64,000 nt of DNA, from assembly GCA_963812235.1 (NCBI GenBank), contig CAWEUP010000022.1, positions 50,925-114,924 on the forward strand. The letters are read 5' to 3'. Position 1 is the first letter of the stretch; each line of letters starts with the position of its first letter. The DNA comes from an uncultured Actinomycetota bacterium. GTDB taxonomy: Bacteria > Actinomycetota > Actinomycetes > Propionibacteriales > Nocardioidaceae. A program made the position numbers and the translations under genes. The notes below the pieces were generated by a model, which was not told the origin of the DNA, made no database searches, and saw only the letters and a list, made by a program, of their open reading frames with translations. Below, piece by piece: positions 1 to 9,847 of the stretch.

Positions 1-221
1 GAGTGCACCAGCCGGCCCACCGGGTCACCCAGGACGATGCGGGAGACCCCGACCCCGCCGCCGGCCAGCGGCCGGGACTCCACCATCTGCGCCTGGAAGG
101 CGGTCTCGTTGGTGCGCTTGACGGTGTTGACGTTGGCGATGTTGTTGGCGAGCGAGTCCAGCCAGGTCTGGTGCATGCCCATGCTGGAGCTGGCGATGCG
201 AAGCATGTCGAAGGCGGCCAT
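1..221 (-). CDS. flgC: Flagellar basal-body rod protein FlgC (5' part; runs off window)
   Basis: Manual minus-strand translation MAAFDMLRIASSSMGMHQTWLDSLANNIANVNT has the rod-protein ANNIAN motif; directly downstream of flgB. Confidence 0.9.
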   Translation of the reverse strand, partial: MAAFDMLRIASSSMGMHQTWLDSLANNIANVNTVKRTNETAFQAQMVESRPLAGGGVGVSRIVLGDPVGRLVH

Positions 222-590
222 CACGCAGCCACTGACCGAGTCGCGGATGATCTGGTAGTGGTCGTTCGCCGCGCGGGTCAGCAGCTGGTACTGGAACTGC
301 GACTGGACCGCGGCCACGGTCTCCTTGCGCAGGTCGACGTTGTTGCCGTTGGCACCCACCGGGGTGTTCGTCGCCTGCGTGCTGGCCGCGATGGGGGCGG
401 TGGCCCCGCCTTCGAACTCGCCGTCGGCGATGGCGGAGCGCAGGGCACCCTCGAAGTCCACGCTGGTCGCACGGAACTCGGGGGTGTCGACGTTGGCGAT
501 GTTGTCAGCGATCACGCGCTGACGTAGGGAGACTCCGTCCAGCGCCGAGCTGAGCACTCGACTGACAGAGTCCAGGGCGACCAAGGACAC
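221..590 (-). CDS. flgB: Flagellar basal-body rod protein FlgB (stop apparently lost by a 1-nt indel, reads into flgC)
   Basis: GTG at 590 after AGGAG; translation ...LDGVSLRQRVIADNIANVDTPEFRA...NGNNVDLRKE; TGATG junction at 219-223 is one base out of frame. Confidence 0.9.
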
Positions 591-601
591 GGGCTCTCCT
601 C

Positions 602-653
602 CGCTGATGCGATGAGGTGCCGGTCCTTCGGCGGGGTTGAGCATTCCTTGCTC
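602..653 (-). promoter_or_regulatory. Candidate CsrA-binding GGA hairpins in the flgB leader
   Basis: Minus strand GAGCA-AGGAA-TGCTC and CCG-AAGGAC-CGG stem-loops between promoter and RBS; csrA is in the cluster. Confidence 0.55.
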
Positions 654-660
654 AGGTGGC

Positions 661-688
661 CTATCGGCCGATGAATGTCCGACTTGAG
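661..688 (-). promoter_or_regulatory. sigma28 (FliA/WhiG)-type promoter of flgB
   Basis: CTCA-N16-GCCGATAG on minus strand. Confidence 0.8.
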
Positions 689-751
689 AAGAACGAGAAG
701 AATCTTCTGGAATGAGTAGTCCAGTCGGTCACGGCTCGCGCCGCGACCGGG

Positions 752-1074
752 TCAGGCGCTCAGGTCCAGGTACGCCGGGGCCGCGATCTCGCCCGTGGCG
801 TGGTCCACCTGCGTGACGAAGCTGCGCTCGCGTGCGCGGCGCTGGAGAGCGCCGCTGAGCGCGGTCATCAGGGCACTCTGACGCTGCGGATGTCTTGGGC
901 GCGCGCGAGCAGGTGTTCGGGCAGGGTGCCGTCCACGGCGGGGACCGACCACTCGGTCTCCTCGACCGGCTCCACCACGTCGAGCAGGCCCGCGTACCGC
1001 TGGAGCTCCAGCTCGAGCCGGTCCAGCTCCCGCTCCCAGGCGAGGCACCGCTCGCGCTCGTCCATCGCGGTCAC
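752..1074 (-). CDS. Conserved flagellar-cluster hypothetical protein (FliT-position), frameshifted
   Basis: MDERERCLAWERELDRLELEL... continues in another frame to ...APAYLDLSA; directly follows fliS. Confidence 0.6.
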
Positions 1075-1479
1075 GCCGAGAGGGCGGGGGCGGGGGCGGG
1101 GGCGTGGGTGAGCTGAAGCACGGCCTGGCGCCAGGTCTCGGCGATGCCCTCGGCCACGGTGAGGCAGTGGCGGGTGGTCTCGCTGTCCTGGTTGACGTTG
1201 GCCGCTACCAGCTTCTGGAAGAGGTGGTCGTAGAGGGCGCCGAGCTGCTCGCCGCCGTCGAAGCCGTCGGTCTTGAGGCTGTTGCGCAGCTCCGAGACGA
1301 TCGCCTGGGCGTGGATCAGCTGGTGCGTGGGCCTCTTGGCGGTCGCCCGCCTCCTGGGCGCTGAGCCCGCGCTGCACGTCGAGCACCATCCGGTTGCACA
1401 GCATGACCAGCAGCCGGGCCGGGTCGGCCGTGGCCACCGAGGCCTCCATGTAGGCGGCGCGTGCGTTGGACATCATCAT
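1071..1479 (-). CDS. fliS: Flagellar export chaperone FliS, frameshifted
   Basis: ARAAYMEASVATADPARLLVML; C-terminal half in a second frame (AQAIVSEL...LYDHL...IAETWRQA). Confidence 0.9.
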
Positions 1480-1493
1480 GATGGGTGCCTTCT

Positions 1494-2824
1494 CTAACGC
1501 GATCCGGACAGGGAGTTGATCTGGCCCGAGAGCCACGAGGACTGGCTGTTCATCTTGTTCAGTGCGGTCTCCAGAGCGGCTGAACTGGCGTGTGAGGGTG
1601 GTCTGGCGCAGCTCCAGCCGCAGGTCCCACTTCTCGATGCTGTCGTTGAGCCGCTCGATGCCCGTGCTGCGGCCTGTCGCTGCCGAGGTCAGCGTCCCGT
1701 TGATGGGGTCGCTGGCGCTGGTCGCCAGGGTCGCCACGCGGCCGGCCAGGCCGGTGCTTCCACCGAGCTTCTCGGTGACGGCCGCGGCGTCGGTGGCGTA
1801 CGCCGCGGAGAACGCGGCCTCGTCGAGCACCAGCTTGCCGTAGCGGTCGGTCTGGATGCCGATGCCGGACAGGGTGCTTCCGTCACCGGGGTAGACGGTC
1901 TGCAGCAGTGCGGTGCGCAGGTCGCGTACGGCGGACTCGCCGGTGAGCGCTCCGGCGGACTTGCTGACGGCGTTGTACTTGGTCTGGGTGTCGATGTCGC
2001 TCAGGGCCGCGTTGATGCGTCTCGACCAGCGCCTTGGCCTTGCCCAGCGCCTGGCTCGCGTCCCGGGACACGGTCACCTCGACCGTGGTGGCGACGGCCG
2101 CCGCTGACACGGTGACGCTGACGCCGGGGAGCAGGTCGGCGAAGGTGTTGGTGGCCGAGTGCACGGTGTCGCCGCCGATGGTGATGGCGGCGTCGCTGCC
2201 GGCCACGGCGCTCGCGCCGCCCAGCAGGTCGCTGCCGTCACTGGCGGTCAGGGCCACGCTGCTCGCCGCGCCGGTCGTGGTCGACTGGACCATCAGGCGG
2301 TACGCGCCTCCGTCGAGCTTCAGGGTCGCAGCGGACACGCCGGTCCCGCCGGCATTGAGGGCGCCCACCAGGGCGCCCAACGTGCCGTCACCGGCGTCGA
2401 TCTGTGTCGACGTACCGCCGAGGGTCAGGGTCACGGTGCGCTGGCCGTTGCCGTCGAGGGGGACCACGACGTCGCTGAGCGCAGCGGTGGAGCCGAAGGT
2501 CAGCCGGCCGGCCACCGCGACCGCGTCCACCTGGAAGGACAGGTTGCCCACCGAGGTGCCCGAGGTGGTGCTCACCGTGACGCCCTTGTCGGAGCTGGTG
2601 GCGGTGATCGGGGACCAGGCGCCGGGCTTGACGAGATCCTTGGCCTGGGTGGCCATCGCGGCGAACTTGGAGTTCAGGTTCTGGAGGACCTTGAGCACCG
2701 ACTGCTCGCTGCTCACCCGTGCCTTGAGCCGGTTCTGCGAGGTCGCCTCGAGCTGCATGAGCTGTTTGACGATGCTGGCGGTGTCCAGGCCGCTGACGAG
2801 GCCGCTGACGCTGGCGGTGGCCAT
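1494..2824 (-). CDS. fliD: Flagellar filament cap FliD, frameshifted
   Basis: N-term SGLVSGLDTASIVKQLMQLE; C-term LTRQF..LETALNKMNSQSSWLSGQI; split over several frames. Confidence 0.92.
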
Positions 2825-2865
2825 CAGTTTCCTCCAAGTCTCGTGACGGTGGCCGAGATGCGCTA

Positions 2866-2900
2866 CGGCGGGGAGCGAGTCGGAACTTCACTCCCCGCCG
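2866..2900 (-). terminator. Stem-loop after fliC (terminator/attenuator)
   Basis: CGGCGGGGAG...CTCCCCGCCG 10-bp inverted repeat between fliC and fliD. Confidence 0.6.
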
Positions 2901-2944
2901 CAGCGTCATGCTGTGCTCAGCTGGTGCTGATCAGTGGCGTTCGA

Positions 2945-3730
2945 TCAGCGGAGCAGCTGCAGGACACCCTGGGGCGCCTGGTTCGCCTGGGCCAGCATCG
3001 CCGTGCCGGCCTGGGACAGGATGTTCGAGCGGGTGAAGTTGACCATCTCGGAGGCCATGTCGGTGTCGCGGATCCGGGACTCCGACGCGGACAGGTTCTC
3101 GATGGCGACGTTCACCGAGTTGATGGTGTGCTCGAACCGGTTCTGCACCGCACCGAGCTCGGCGCGCTGCGTGGAGATCCCCGTGATGGCGGTCTGGACC
3201 GTGTTGCTGTCCGTGATCACGGCGGCGCTGGTGTCGACGGCCGCCAGGGCGGTGGCCGAGACCTCGATGGTGTCAGCGGAGTCCGAGCCCACCTGGAACT
3301 GCAGCGCGGCGCCACCGAAGAGGGTGACTCCGTTGAACTTGGTGTTGTCGGTGATCCGGGTGATCTCCGTCTGGAGCTGGTCGAACTCGGCGCCCAGGGC
3401 GTCCTGCGACTCGGTGCTCTGGGTACCGTTGGCGTACTGCACGGACAGCTCGTTCATGCGCTGCAGCATGCTGTGCACCTCGGTCAGGGCGCCTTCAGCG
3501 GTCTGCGCGACCGAGATGCCGTCCTGAGCGTTGCGGACACCGACCTTGAGGCCGCCGACCTGCGAGCGCAGGCCCTCGGAGATCGCGAGGCCGGCTGCGT
3601 CGTCTGCAGCGCGGTTGATGCGGAATCCGCTGGACAGCTTCTCCAGCGACTTGGACATCTGGCCCTGGGTCACCGACAGGTTGCGGTAGCTGTTGAAGGC
3701 GTCGATGTTCTGGTTGATGCGAAGACTCAT
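2945..3730 (-). CDS. fliC: Flagellin (short, 261 aa)
   Basis: MSLRINQN...LEKLSSGFRINRAADDAAGLAISE and SRIRDTDMASEM...AQANQ termini. Confidence 0.98.
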   Translation of the reverse strand: MSLRINQNIDAFNSYRNLSVTQGQMSKSLEKLSSGFRINRAADDAAGLAISEGLRSQVGGLKVGVRNAQDGISVAQTAEGALTEVHSMLQRMNELSVQYANGTQSTESQDALGAEFDQLQTEITRITDNTKFNGVTLFGGAALQFQVGSDSADTIEVSATALAAVDTSAAVITDSNTVQTAITGISTQRAELGAVQNRFEHTINSVNVAIENLSASESRIRDTDMASEMVNFTRSNILSQAGTAMLAQANQAPQGVLQLLR

Positions 3731-3731
3731 G

Positions 3732-3783
3732 ATGGTTCCTTCCATGGGTGTGAGTCACGAACTGGAGCCCGTCCTTGGGCTCC
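3732..3783 (-). promoter_or_regulatory. Two CsrA-type GGA hairpins in the flagellin leader, one over the SD
   Basis: GGAGCCC-AAGGAC-GGGCTCC (3764-3783) and ATGG-AAGGAA-CCAT (3732-3745). Confidence 0.75.
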
Positions 3784-3790
3784 ACAGGTC

Positions 3791-3818
3791 CTATCGGCGG
3801 GTTGCCGAGGGGCCTGAG
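3791..3818 (-). promoter_or_regulatory. sigma28-type promoter of fliC
   Basis: CTCA-N16-GCCGATAG on minus strand. Confidence 0.85.
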
Positions 3819-3843
3819 AGTTTTTACCGGATAAATCGGACAG

Positions 3844-4701
3844 TCAGGCAATCTCGTTGAGGCGCGGCGCCTGTGCGGGGCGGCGTACGCCCATGGCGTG
3901 CCGGGTCGCGACGGCTGCGTAGTAGGACTCACGACGCCGCGCCACGCACCCACCGGGACGGTCGGTGCCCGCGGCCGGCGCCAGGTCAGGCTCCAGCTCG
4001 CGGTGCAGGACGCCGCGGAGCAGCACCAGGGCCTCAGCGCGCAGCTGTGAGACCCGGGACTCCGTGACGCCGAGCTCGGCCGCGATCTCGGCCATGGGGC
4101 GCTCCTCGAGGAAGTACTGCTGGACCACTGCGCGGAGCCGCTCGGGCAGCTCGGCGATGGCCTCCATCAGGTAGGTGAGGCGTTCCCGGTGCTCGACGAT
4201 GTCGAGGGGGGAGGCGTCGGAGGAGGGGGGCAGCAGCAGCTCGCCGTCGCTCTCCTCGGTGCCCTGCAGCGACATCACCTGCGCGCGGTTGATGTCGTCG
4301 CCGTTGCGGACCACATCCTCGACGGGCAGCCCCAGGGCTGAGGCGACCTCACTGTTGGACGGAACGCGGCCGAGCGTGACGGCCAGGCGGTTCCGGGTCT
4401 CGTCGAGGTCGCGGGCCTTGCGACGGACGGAGCGGGAGGCCCAGTCCACGCTGCGCAGCTCGTCCAGGATGGCGCCACGGATCCGGTTGGCGGCGTACTT
4501 GGCGAACGGGACTCCGCGCTCGGCGTCGAATCCTCGGGCGGCGAGCACCAGCGCCATCAGGCCGGCTGAGGTGAGGTCCTCGCGGCTGACGTGCCCAGGT
4601 ACCCGACCCATGGTCTCTCGGACGATGTGTCCCACCAACGGCATCTGCTGGGTGATCAGCGCTTCACGCGCTTGGTCTGTACGCACTGTGGTCTCGGGCA
4701 C
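3844..4701 (-). CDS. fliA: FliA/WhiG family RNA polymerase sigma factor
   Basis: RIRGAILDELRSVDWASRSVR and region 4 EIAAELGVTESRVSQLR; in flagellar cluster. Confidence 0.9.
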   Translation of the reverse strand: MPETTVRTDQAREALITQQMPLVGHIVRETMGRVPGHVSREDLTSAGLMALVLAARGFDAERGVPFAKYAANRIRGAILDELRSVDWASRSVRRKARDLDETRNRLAVTLGRVPSNSEVASALGLPVEDVVRNGDDINRAQVMSLQGTEESDGELLLPPSSDASPLDIVEHRERLTYLMEAIAELPERLRAVVQQYFLEERPMAEIAAELGVTESRVSQLRAEALVLLRGVLHRELEPDLAPAAGTDRPGGCVARRRESYYAAVATRHAMGVRRPAQAPRLNEIA

Positions 4702-4839
4702 GTGCCTTACCCTTGATCACCCTTGTTGGTGATGTGAGCCTTTTGTCCGACTTGATGGGTATACCGGAGGGAATGGTGACGATTGTCCCCAGCCGAGTAG
4801 TCCGAACGGGTCATGTTGGGGGGTCTGTACGAAGGATTG

Positions 4840-4866
4840 CTAAGTTCCCGGGCCAGCCTGCCGAAC
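4840..4866 (+). promoter_or_regulatory. sigma28-type promoter of flgN-flgK-flgL-fliW
   Basis: CTAA-N16-GCCGAAC upstream of flgN, same spacing as the two other promoters. Confidence 0.7.
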
Positions 4867-4915
4867 GGTGTCCTTGACCACGACCTCTCCAAACCGCGGA
4901 AGGAGTGAGGACGTG

Positions 4916-5392
4916 ATGGAGAAGCTGAGCCAGATCTTGTGGCGTGAGCGCGAGCTGCTCGAGACCCTGTTGTTCAAGCTCGAGATCGAACAGCTCGTAC
5001 TGAGCGCAGGCAGGACCCGCTGGCTGATGCGCGCCGCGGAGGACGTCGAGGTGGTGCTGCACACCCTCCGCGAGACCGAGGTGCTGCGCGCAGTGGCCTC
5101 CGACGACGTCGCTGCGTCCATCGGACTCCAGCACAACCCGAGCCTGCGGTCGCTCGCGGAGGCGATCGAGGAGCCCTGGCAGTCGATCATGATGGACCAC
5201 CGGGAGGCCTTCTGGCGGGTGAGCCAGGAGATCAGCGCGCTCGCCGACACCAACCGCGAGCTGCTCACCGCCGGGCTGAGCTCGGCGCGCGAGACGCTGA
5301 TGAACCTCGACGACGGGGCCGCGGGCTACAACCCCGCCGGTGCCGTGGTGGTCAACCCCTCCCAGCGCCGACTGGTCGATCGGAGCCTGTGA
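4916..5392 (+). CDS. flgN: Flagellar export chaperone FlgN
   Basis: MEKLSQILWRERELLETLLFKL, actinobacterial FlgN-type; precedes flgK. Confidence 0.8.
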   Translation: MEKLSQILWRERELLETLLFKLEIEQLVLSAGRTRWLMRAAEDVEVVLHTLRETEVLRAVASDDVAASIGLQHNPSLRSLAEAIEEPWQSIMMDHREAFWRVSQEISALADTNRELLTAGLSSARETLMNLDDGAAGYNPAGAVVVNPSQRRLVDRSL

Positions 5393-5393
5393 G

Positions 5394-6786
5394 ATGAGCG
5401 GGACGTTCTCCTCCCTGAACACGGCGTTGAGCGCGATGCGCTACAACCGGGTCGCGATGGACGTCGCCAGCGGGAACATCGCCAACGTCGCGACCGACGG
5501 CTACGCACGCCGACGCGTCGACGGGGCATCCGTGGGCGCCCCGGCCCAGGTCGCCATGTGGTCGCGCTACGACGGCGCGGGTGACGGTGTCACCGTCCAC
5601 GGGATCCAGCGGATGACCGACGTGCTGCTCGACGCCCGGGTGCGCGCCGAGCACGGCAACCAGCAGCTACTTCGACGTACGCCGCACGGTGCTCGAGCGG
5701 GTGGAGCAGGGCATCGGCGAGCCTGGTGACGACGGGGTCTCCGCCGCACTGGCACAGTTCCGGTCGTCGTGGCACGACCTGGCCAACAACCCCTCGAACG
5801 ACGCTGCCCGGAGCCAGGTGCTCGCTCGCGCCGCGACCCTGGCCAGCGCGTTCGCGGCCCAGAGCCGCAACATCGACGCCGAGGCGGGAGACCAGCGCTT
5901 CCAGCTCCTCTCCGTCGTGAGCGAGGTGAACTCGGTGGCCTCCGGGCTCGCCGACACCAACCGGGCCATCGCCGCCGGCAACCTCAACGGCAACGACGTG
6001 GGCGTGCTGCTCGACAGCCGTGACCAGCTGGCCCTGCGCCTCTCGCAGCTCACCGGCGCCACCGCGACGGTCCGCTCCGACGGCGGCGCGGACGTGATGC
6101 TGGGTGGCGTCTCCCTGGTCAGCGGCAAGGACGCGGGGACGTTGACGATCACCTCGGGCGTGACCCCCGACGGCCAGGCCGACGGCAGCCCGGTCAGTCT
6201 CGCCGTGGTGAACGGTGGCGTCTCCTCGGGCCTGTCCGGCCCCATCGGCGGTCAGGGCGGCGGGGTGATCGAGCTGCTCAACACCACCCTGCCCGGCTAC
6301 CGCAACGATCTCGACGCCGTGGCGCGTGATCTGGCGGACGCGGTGAACGCCCAGCACGGCTCGGGCTTCGACGCGGCCGGGAACCCCGGCACCGACTTCT
6401 TCGCCTACGACCCCACGGCTGCGGCGAGCTCGCTCAGCGTGGCGCTGACCGATCCGGATCGGGTGGCCGCCTCGTCCGTGGCAGGCGGTGGTCGTGACTC
6501 CGGGAACGCCGACCTGCTGGCGGCCGCGGGATCGGCGGAGGGCCGCTACCAGCAGCTGGTGAGTGGCTTCGGAACGACCGTGCAGAGCGCACGGCGCGCC
6601 TCGGCCAACCAGCAGGCCCTGACCAACCAGTTCGACAATGCCCGCGAGCAGCTGGCGGGAGTCAACCTGGACGAGGAGATGGTGAACATGATGAGTGCGC
6701 AGCGCGCCTACGAAGCAGCCGCGAGGGTGCTCACGACGCTCGACTCGGTGATGGACACGCTGATCAACCGGACGGGCCTGCGCTGA
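5394..6786 (+). CDS. flgK: Hook-associated protein FlgK, frameshift near 5670-5690
   Basis: ASGNIANVATDGYARR; C-term GVNLDEEMVNMMSAQRAYEAAARV. Confidence 0.95.
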
Positions 6787-7673
6787 TGGCGATCACCCGG
6801 ATGACCCAGCGCATGATCGCCGACCGCTCGGTGGAGTCGCTCCAGACCAACCTCGGCAGGATGTCGAAGCTGCAGGAGCAGCTCTCGAGCGGACGGGTCC
6901 TGAACCGGCCCTCCGACTCGCCGAGCGACACCGCGTCCGCGATGCGGCTGCGCAACTCGATCTCCTCGACCCAGCAGTTCCAGCGCAACGCCGAGGACGG
7001 CAAGGCCTGGCTGTCGCAGGTCGACTCCGCGCTGGGCACCGCCTCCAACACGGTCCAGCGCGCTCGGGAGCTGGCGCTGAGTGCCGCCAACTCCGTGAAC
7101 GGGGGCGCGGCCCGCGAGGCGCTGGCGGTGGAGATCGACCAGCTCAGGGAGAGCCTGGTCTCCACGGCCAACACCAGCTATCTCGGTCGCCCGATCTTCG
7201 GCGGGATCACGTCCGGCAGCACGGCGTACGACCCCTCTGGCGCCTACGTGGGCTCGCCGGGCGAGGTCAACCGCACTGTGGGTGACGGAGTCAAGGTGCG
7301 CGTCGACGTCGACGGGCAGGCAGCGTTCGGCGCTGCCGGCGACTCGGTCTTCGACCACCTGACAGCCTTGTCCGCGGCTGTGCGCTCGGGTGACCAGCCC
7401 GCGATCAGGACCGGCCTGAACCAGCTGGCGACCGCCTTCGACCGCGTCTCGACCACGCGCGCGCAGGCCGGCAGTGCCTACAACCGGATCGAAGCGGCAC
7501 TGCAGACCGGTGTCGACTCCGAGCTACGACTGCGGACCTCGCTCTCCGACGTCGAGAACGCCGACCTGGCCAAGGTGGTGGTCGACCTGAAGATGCAGGA
7601 GGTCGCCTACCAGGCCGCCCTCGGTGCCACTGCCCGTGTCACACAGCCGAGCCTGATGGACTTTCTGCGATGA
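6786..7673 (+). CDS. flgL: Hook-associated protein FlgL
   Basis: QEQLSSGRVLNRPSDSP; C-term AYQAAL...QPSLMDFLR. Confidence 0.95.
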   Translation: MAITRMTQRMIADRSVESLQTNLGRMSKLQEQLSSGRVLNRPSDSPSDTASAMRLRNSISSTQQFQRNAEDGKAWLSQVDSALGTASNTVQRARELALSAANSVNGGAAREALAVEIDQLRESLVSTANTSYLGRPIFGGITSGSTAYDPSGAYVGSPGEVNRTVGDGVKVRVDVDGQAAFGAAGDSVFDHLTALSAAVRSGDQPAIRTGLNQLATAFDRVSTTRAQAGSAYNRIEAALQTGVDSELRLRTSLSDVENADLAKVVVDLKMQEVAYQAALGATARVTQPSLMDFLR

Positions 7674-8116
7674 TCACCGAAGCACCGCCACGGCCGAGCG
7701 ACGTCGACGAACGGAACAGGGACGGCATGCCTCCACAGATCCCGGTCATCGAGTTCGTACAGCCGATGCCCGGATTCGCCGACCAGCGGTTCGCGCTCGT
7801 CCAGCTCGGCGACGACGGGCTCCTGTGTGCCCTGCGGTCCCTCGACGACCCGGACCTGCGCTTCCTGGTGGTGCCGCCGATGGCCTTCTTCCCCGACTAT
7901 GCGCCGGTCGTCGACGACGCCGTCGTCGCGGAGCTGGAGATCGGCTCTGTCGACGACGTGCTGATGCTGGTCGTCCTGAACGCCGGAGCCTCCCTGGACG
8001 ACACCACCGCCAACCTCGCGGCACCGGTTCTGATCAACCTGGTCACCCGTCAGGCCAAGCAGGTCATCCTCGACGACCCGACGCTCTCGATCTCAGAACC
8101 TCTCACAGCTGCGTGA
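7670..8116 (+). CDS. fliW: Flagellar assembly factor FliW
   Basis: PMPGF, FFPDY, TANLAAPVLIN motifs; between flgL and csrA. Confidence 0.92.
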   Translation: MITEAPPRPSDVDERNRDGMPPQIPVIEFVQPMPGFADQRFALVQLGDDGLLCALRSLDDPDLRFLVVPPMAFFPDYAPVVDDAVVAELEIGSVDDVLMLVVLNAGASLDDTTANLAAPVLINLVTRQAKQVILDDPTLSISEPLTAA

Positions 8117-8155
8117 ATTCGTTCGCGACCGACCGCGGGCGTGTAGTTTTGCCGC

Positions 8156-8392
8156 ATGCTGGTTCTGAGTCGTCGAGTTGGTGAGAGCGTCGCCATTGGC
8201 GACGACGTCGTGGTCACCGTGCTCGAAGCCCGGGGTGACGTGATTCGGATCGGCATCGCTGCGCCGCGCTCGGTGGCCGTGCACCGGGCCGAGCTGCTCG
8301 AGGAGCTCAAGCGCAGCAACAAGGAGGCTGCCTCGCCCAGCGAGGACGCGGTGCACTCGCTGCGCAACGCGCTCCGCAAGCTCGCGGACTGA
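8156..8392 (+). CDS. csrA: Carbon storage regulator CsrA
   Basis: MLVLSRRVGESVAIGDD...IGIAAPRSVAVHRAEL. Confidence 0.96.
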   Translation: MLVLSRRVGESVAIGDDVVVTVLEARGDVIRIGIAAPRSVAVHRAELLEELKRSNKEAASPSEDAVHSLRNALRKLAD

Positions 8393-8402
8393 GCGAACCC
8401 GG

Positions 8403-9038
8403 CTAGCGCAGCACCTTCGCCGCGATCAGTGCGGCCTGGGTCCGGCTGCGCACCCGCAGCTTGGCGAGCAGCCGGGTCACCTGGTTGCGCACGGTCTTCT
8501 CCACCAGGAACAGCCGCTCGGCGATCTCCTGGTTGCTCATTCCCTGGCCGACCAGCGCGAGCAGGTCCCGCTCACGCGTGCTGAGATCGGCCACCAGATC
8601 CTCGAGATCGGGCTCGCGGCCCATCAGGTCGAGCACCTGGCGGGCGTCGTACAGCGTGGCCCCCTGGGCCACGTCCGTCACCGACTTCACCAGGAGGCTG
8701 GCGGTGATGGACTTCGGGAGCACGCCGCTGGCGCCGGCCAGGACAGCGGACCGCAGCGCCTCCTGGCCGGAGAGCGAGGTCAGGACCAGCGTCTTGACCG
8801 AGGGGCTCGAGGCGCGGATCCGGCGACAGCTCTCCAGCCCCCGCTCGTCGTCGAGACGGACTCCGATCAGGGCGATGTCCGGGGCCAGGGAGGTGATCTC
8901 GTCGACGCTCCGGGCGTGGTCGCTCGACTCGCCGACCACGGTGATCGTCCCCGAGGACTGCAGCACCGCCTTGATGCCCGCTCGGATGAGCTCGTGGTCC
9001 TCGACCACGTAGGCACGCAGGGTCTGGGAGGAGGGCAC
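8403..9038 (-). CDS. NarL/LuxR-family response regulator
   Basis: Receiver VVEDHELIR plus LuxR HTH SNQEIAERLFLVEKTVRNQV. Confidence 0.9.
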   Translation of the reverse strand: MPSSQTLRAYVVEDHELIRAGIKAVLQSSGTITVVGESSDHARSVDEITSLAPDIALIGVRLDDERGLESCRRIRASSPSVKTLVLTSLSGQEALRSAVLAGASGVLPKSITASLLVKSVTDVAQGATLYDARQVLDLMGREPDLEDLVADLSTRERDLLALVGQGMSNQEIAERLFLVEKTVRNQVTRLLAKLRVRSRTQAALIAAKVLR

Positions 9039-9160
9039 GTCCAAGTTGTAGCCCGGTTCGGCCCGCGATGTGGGCGTTCCGCGGATTTCGGCTCGCCTCA
9101 GGCGCACCGCCGGCGGGAGCCGGGCGATCCGTGCTTCTCCGGTGGGCGACAATGTGCACC

Positions 9161-9847
9161 ATGAGCGACCTGATCGACACGACCGAGATGTATCTCCGGA
9201 CCATCTACGAGCTGGTGGAGGAAGGCATCGTGCCGCTGCGCGCGCGGATCGCCGAGCGGCTGCACCAGAGCGGCCCCACCGTGAGCCAGACGGTCGCCCG
9301 GATGGAGCGCGACGGACTGGTCACGGTCGAGGGGGACCGCCAGCTGCAGCTGACGGACGAGGGCAACAACCTGGCGACGCGAGTGATGCGCAAGCACCGG
9401 CTCGCGGAGCGGTTGCTGACCGACGTCATCGGGCTGGACTGGGAGCTCGTGCACGCGGAGGCCTGCCGCTGGGAGCACGTGATCAGCGAGACCGTCGAGC
9501 GTCGGCTGCTCGAGCTGCTCGACCATCCCACGGAGTCGCCGTACGGCAACCCGATCCCCGGGCTGGCCGAGCTCGGTGAGCAGCACGTGGGGGAGCCGTT
9601 CCTGGAGGGACTCGAGGCGCTGCACAAGGTGGTCGGCCCGGAGTCGCGACGGGTGCGCGTACGCCGGATCAGCGAGGAGATGCAGAAGGACGAGGTCCTG
9701 ATGGGTGCGCTGCGTCGAGCCGGCGCCCTGCCGGGCGCGGTGATCGCGGCGGTCGCCACCGAGGAGGGGGTGCTCCTCGGGAGCTCAGGCGAGACGGCCG
9801 AGATCGTGCTCGAGGCTGCGGAGCACATCTTCGTCACGCTGGCCTGA
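9161..9847 (+). CDS. ideR: DtxR/IdeR-family metal-dependent transcriptional regulator
   Basis: DTTEMYLRTIYEL, MRKHRLAERLL, EACRWEHV, SPYGNPIPGL. Confidence 0.9.
   Translation: MSDLIDTTEMYLRTIYELVEEGIVPLRARIAERLHQSGPTVSQTVARMERDGLVTVEGDRQLQLTDEGNNLATRVMRKHRLAERLLTDVIGLDWELVHAEACRWEHVISETVERRLLELLDHPTESPYGNPIPGLAELGEQHVGEPFLEGLEALHKVVGPESRRVRVRRISEEMQKDEVLMGALRRAGALPGAVIAAVATEEGVLLGSSGETAEIVLEAAEHIFVTLA

Noticed and set aside
1-590. Apparent in-frame FlgB-FlgC fusion
   Set aside because: A TGATG stop/start junction sits one base out of frame; given the many indels in the window a sequencing error is far more likely.
1082-1104. GGGGCG tandem repeat / G-quadruplex candidate
   Set aside because: Encodes the Ala-Pro tail of FliS; no evidence for a separate function.
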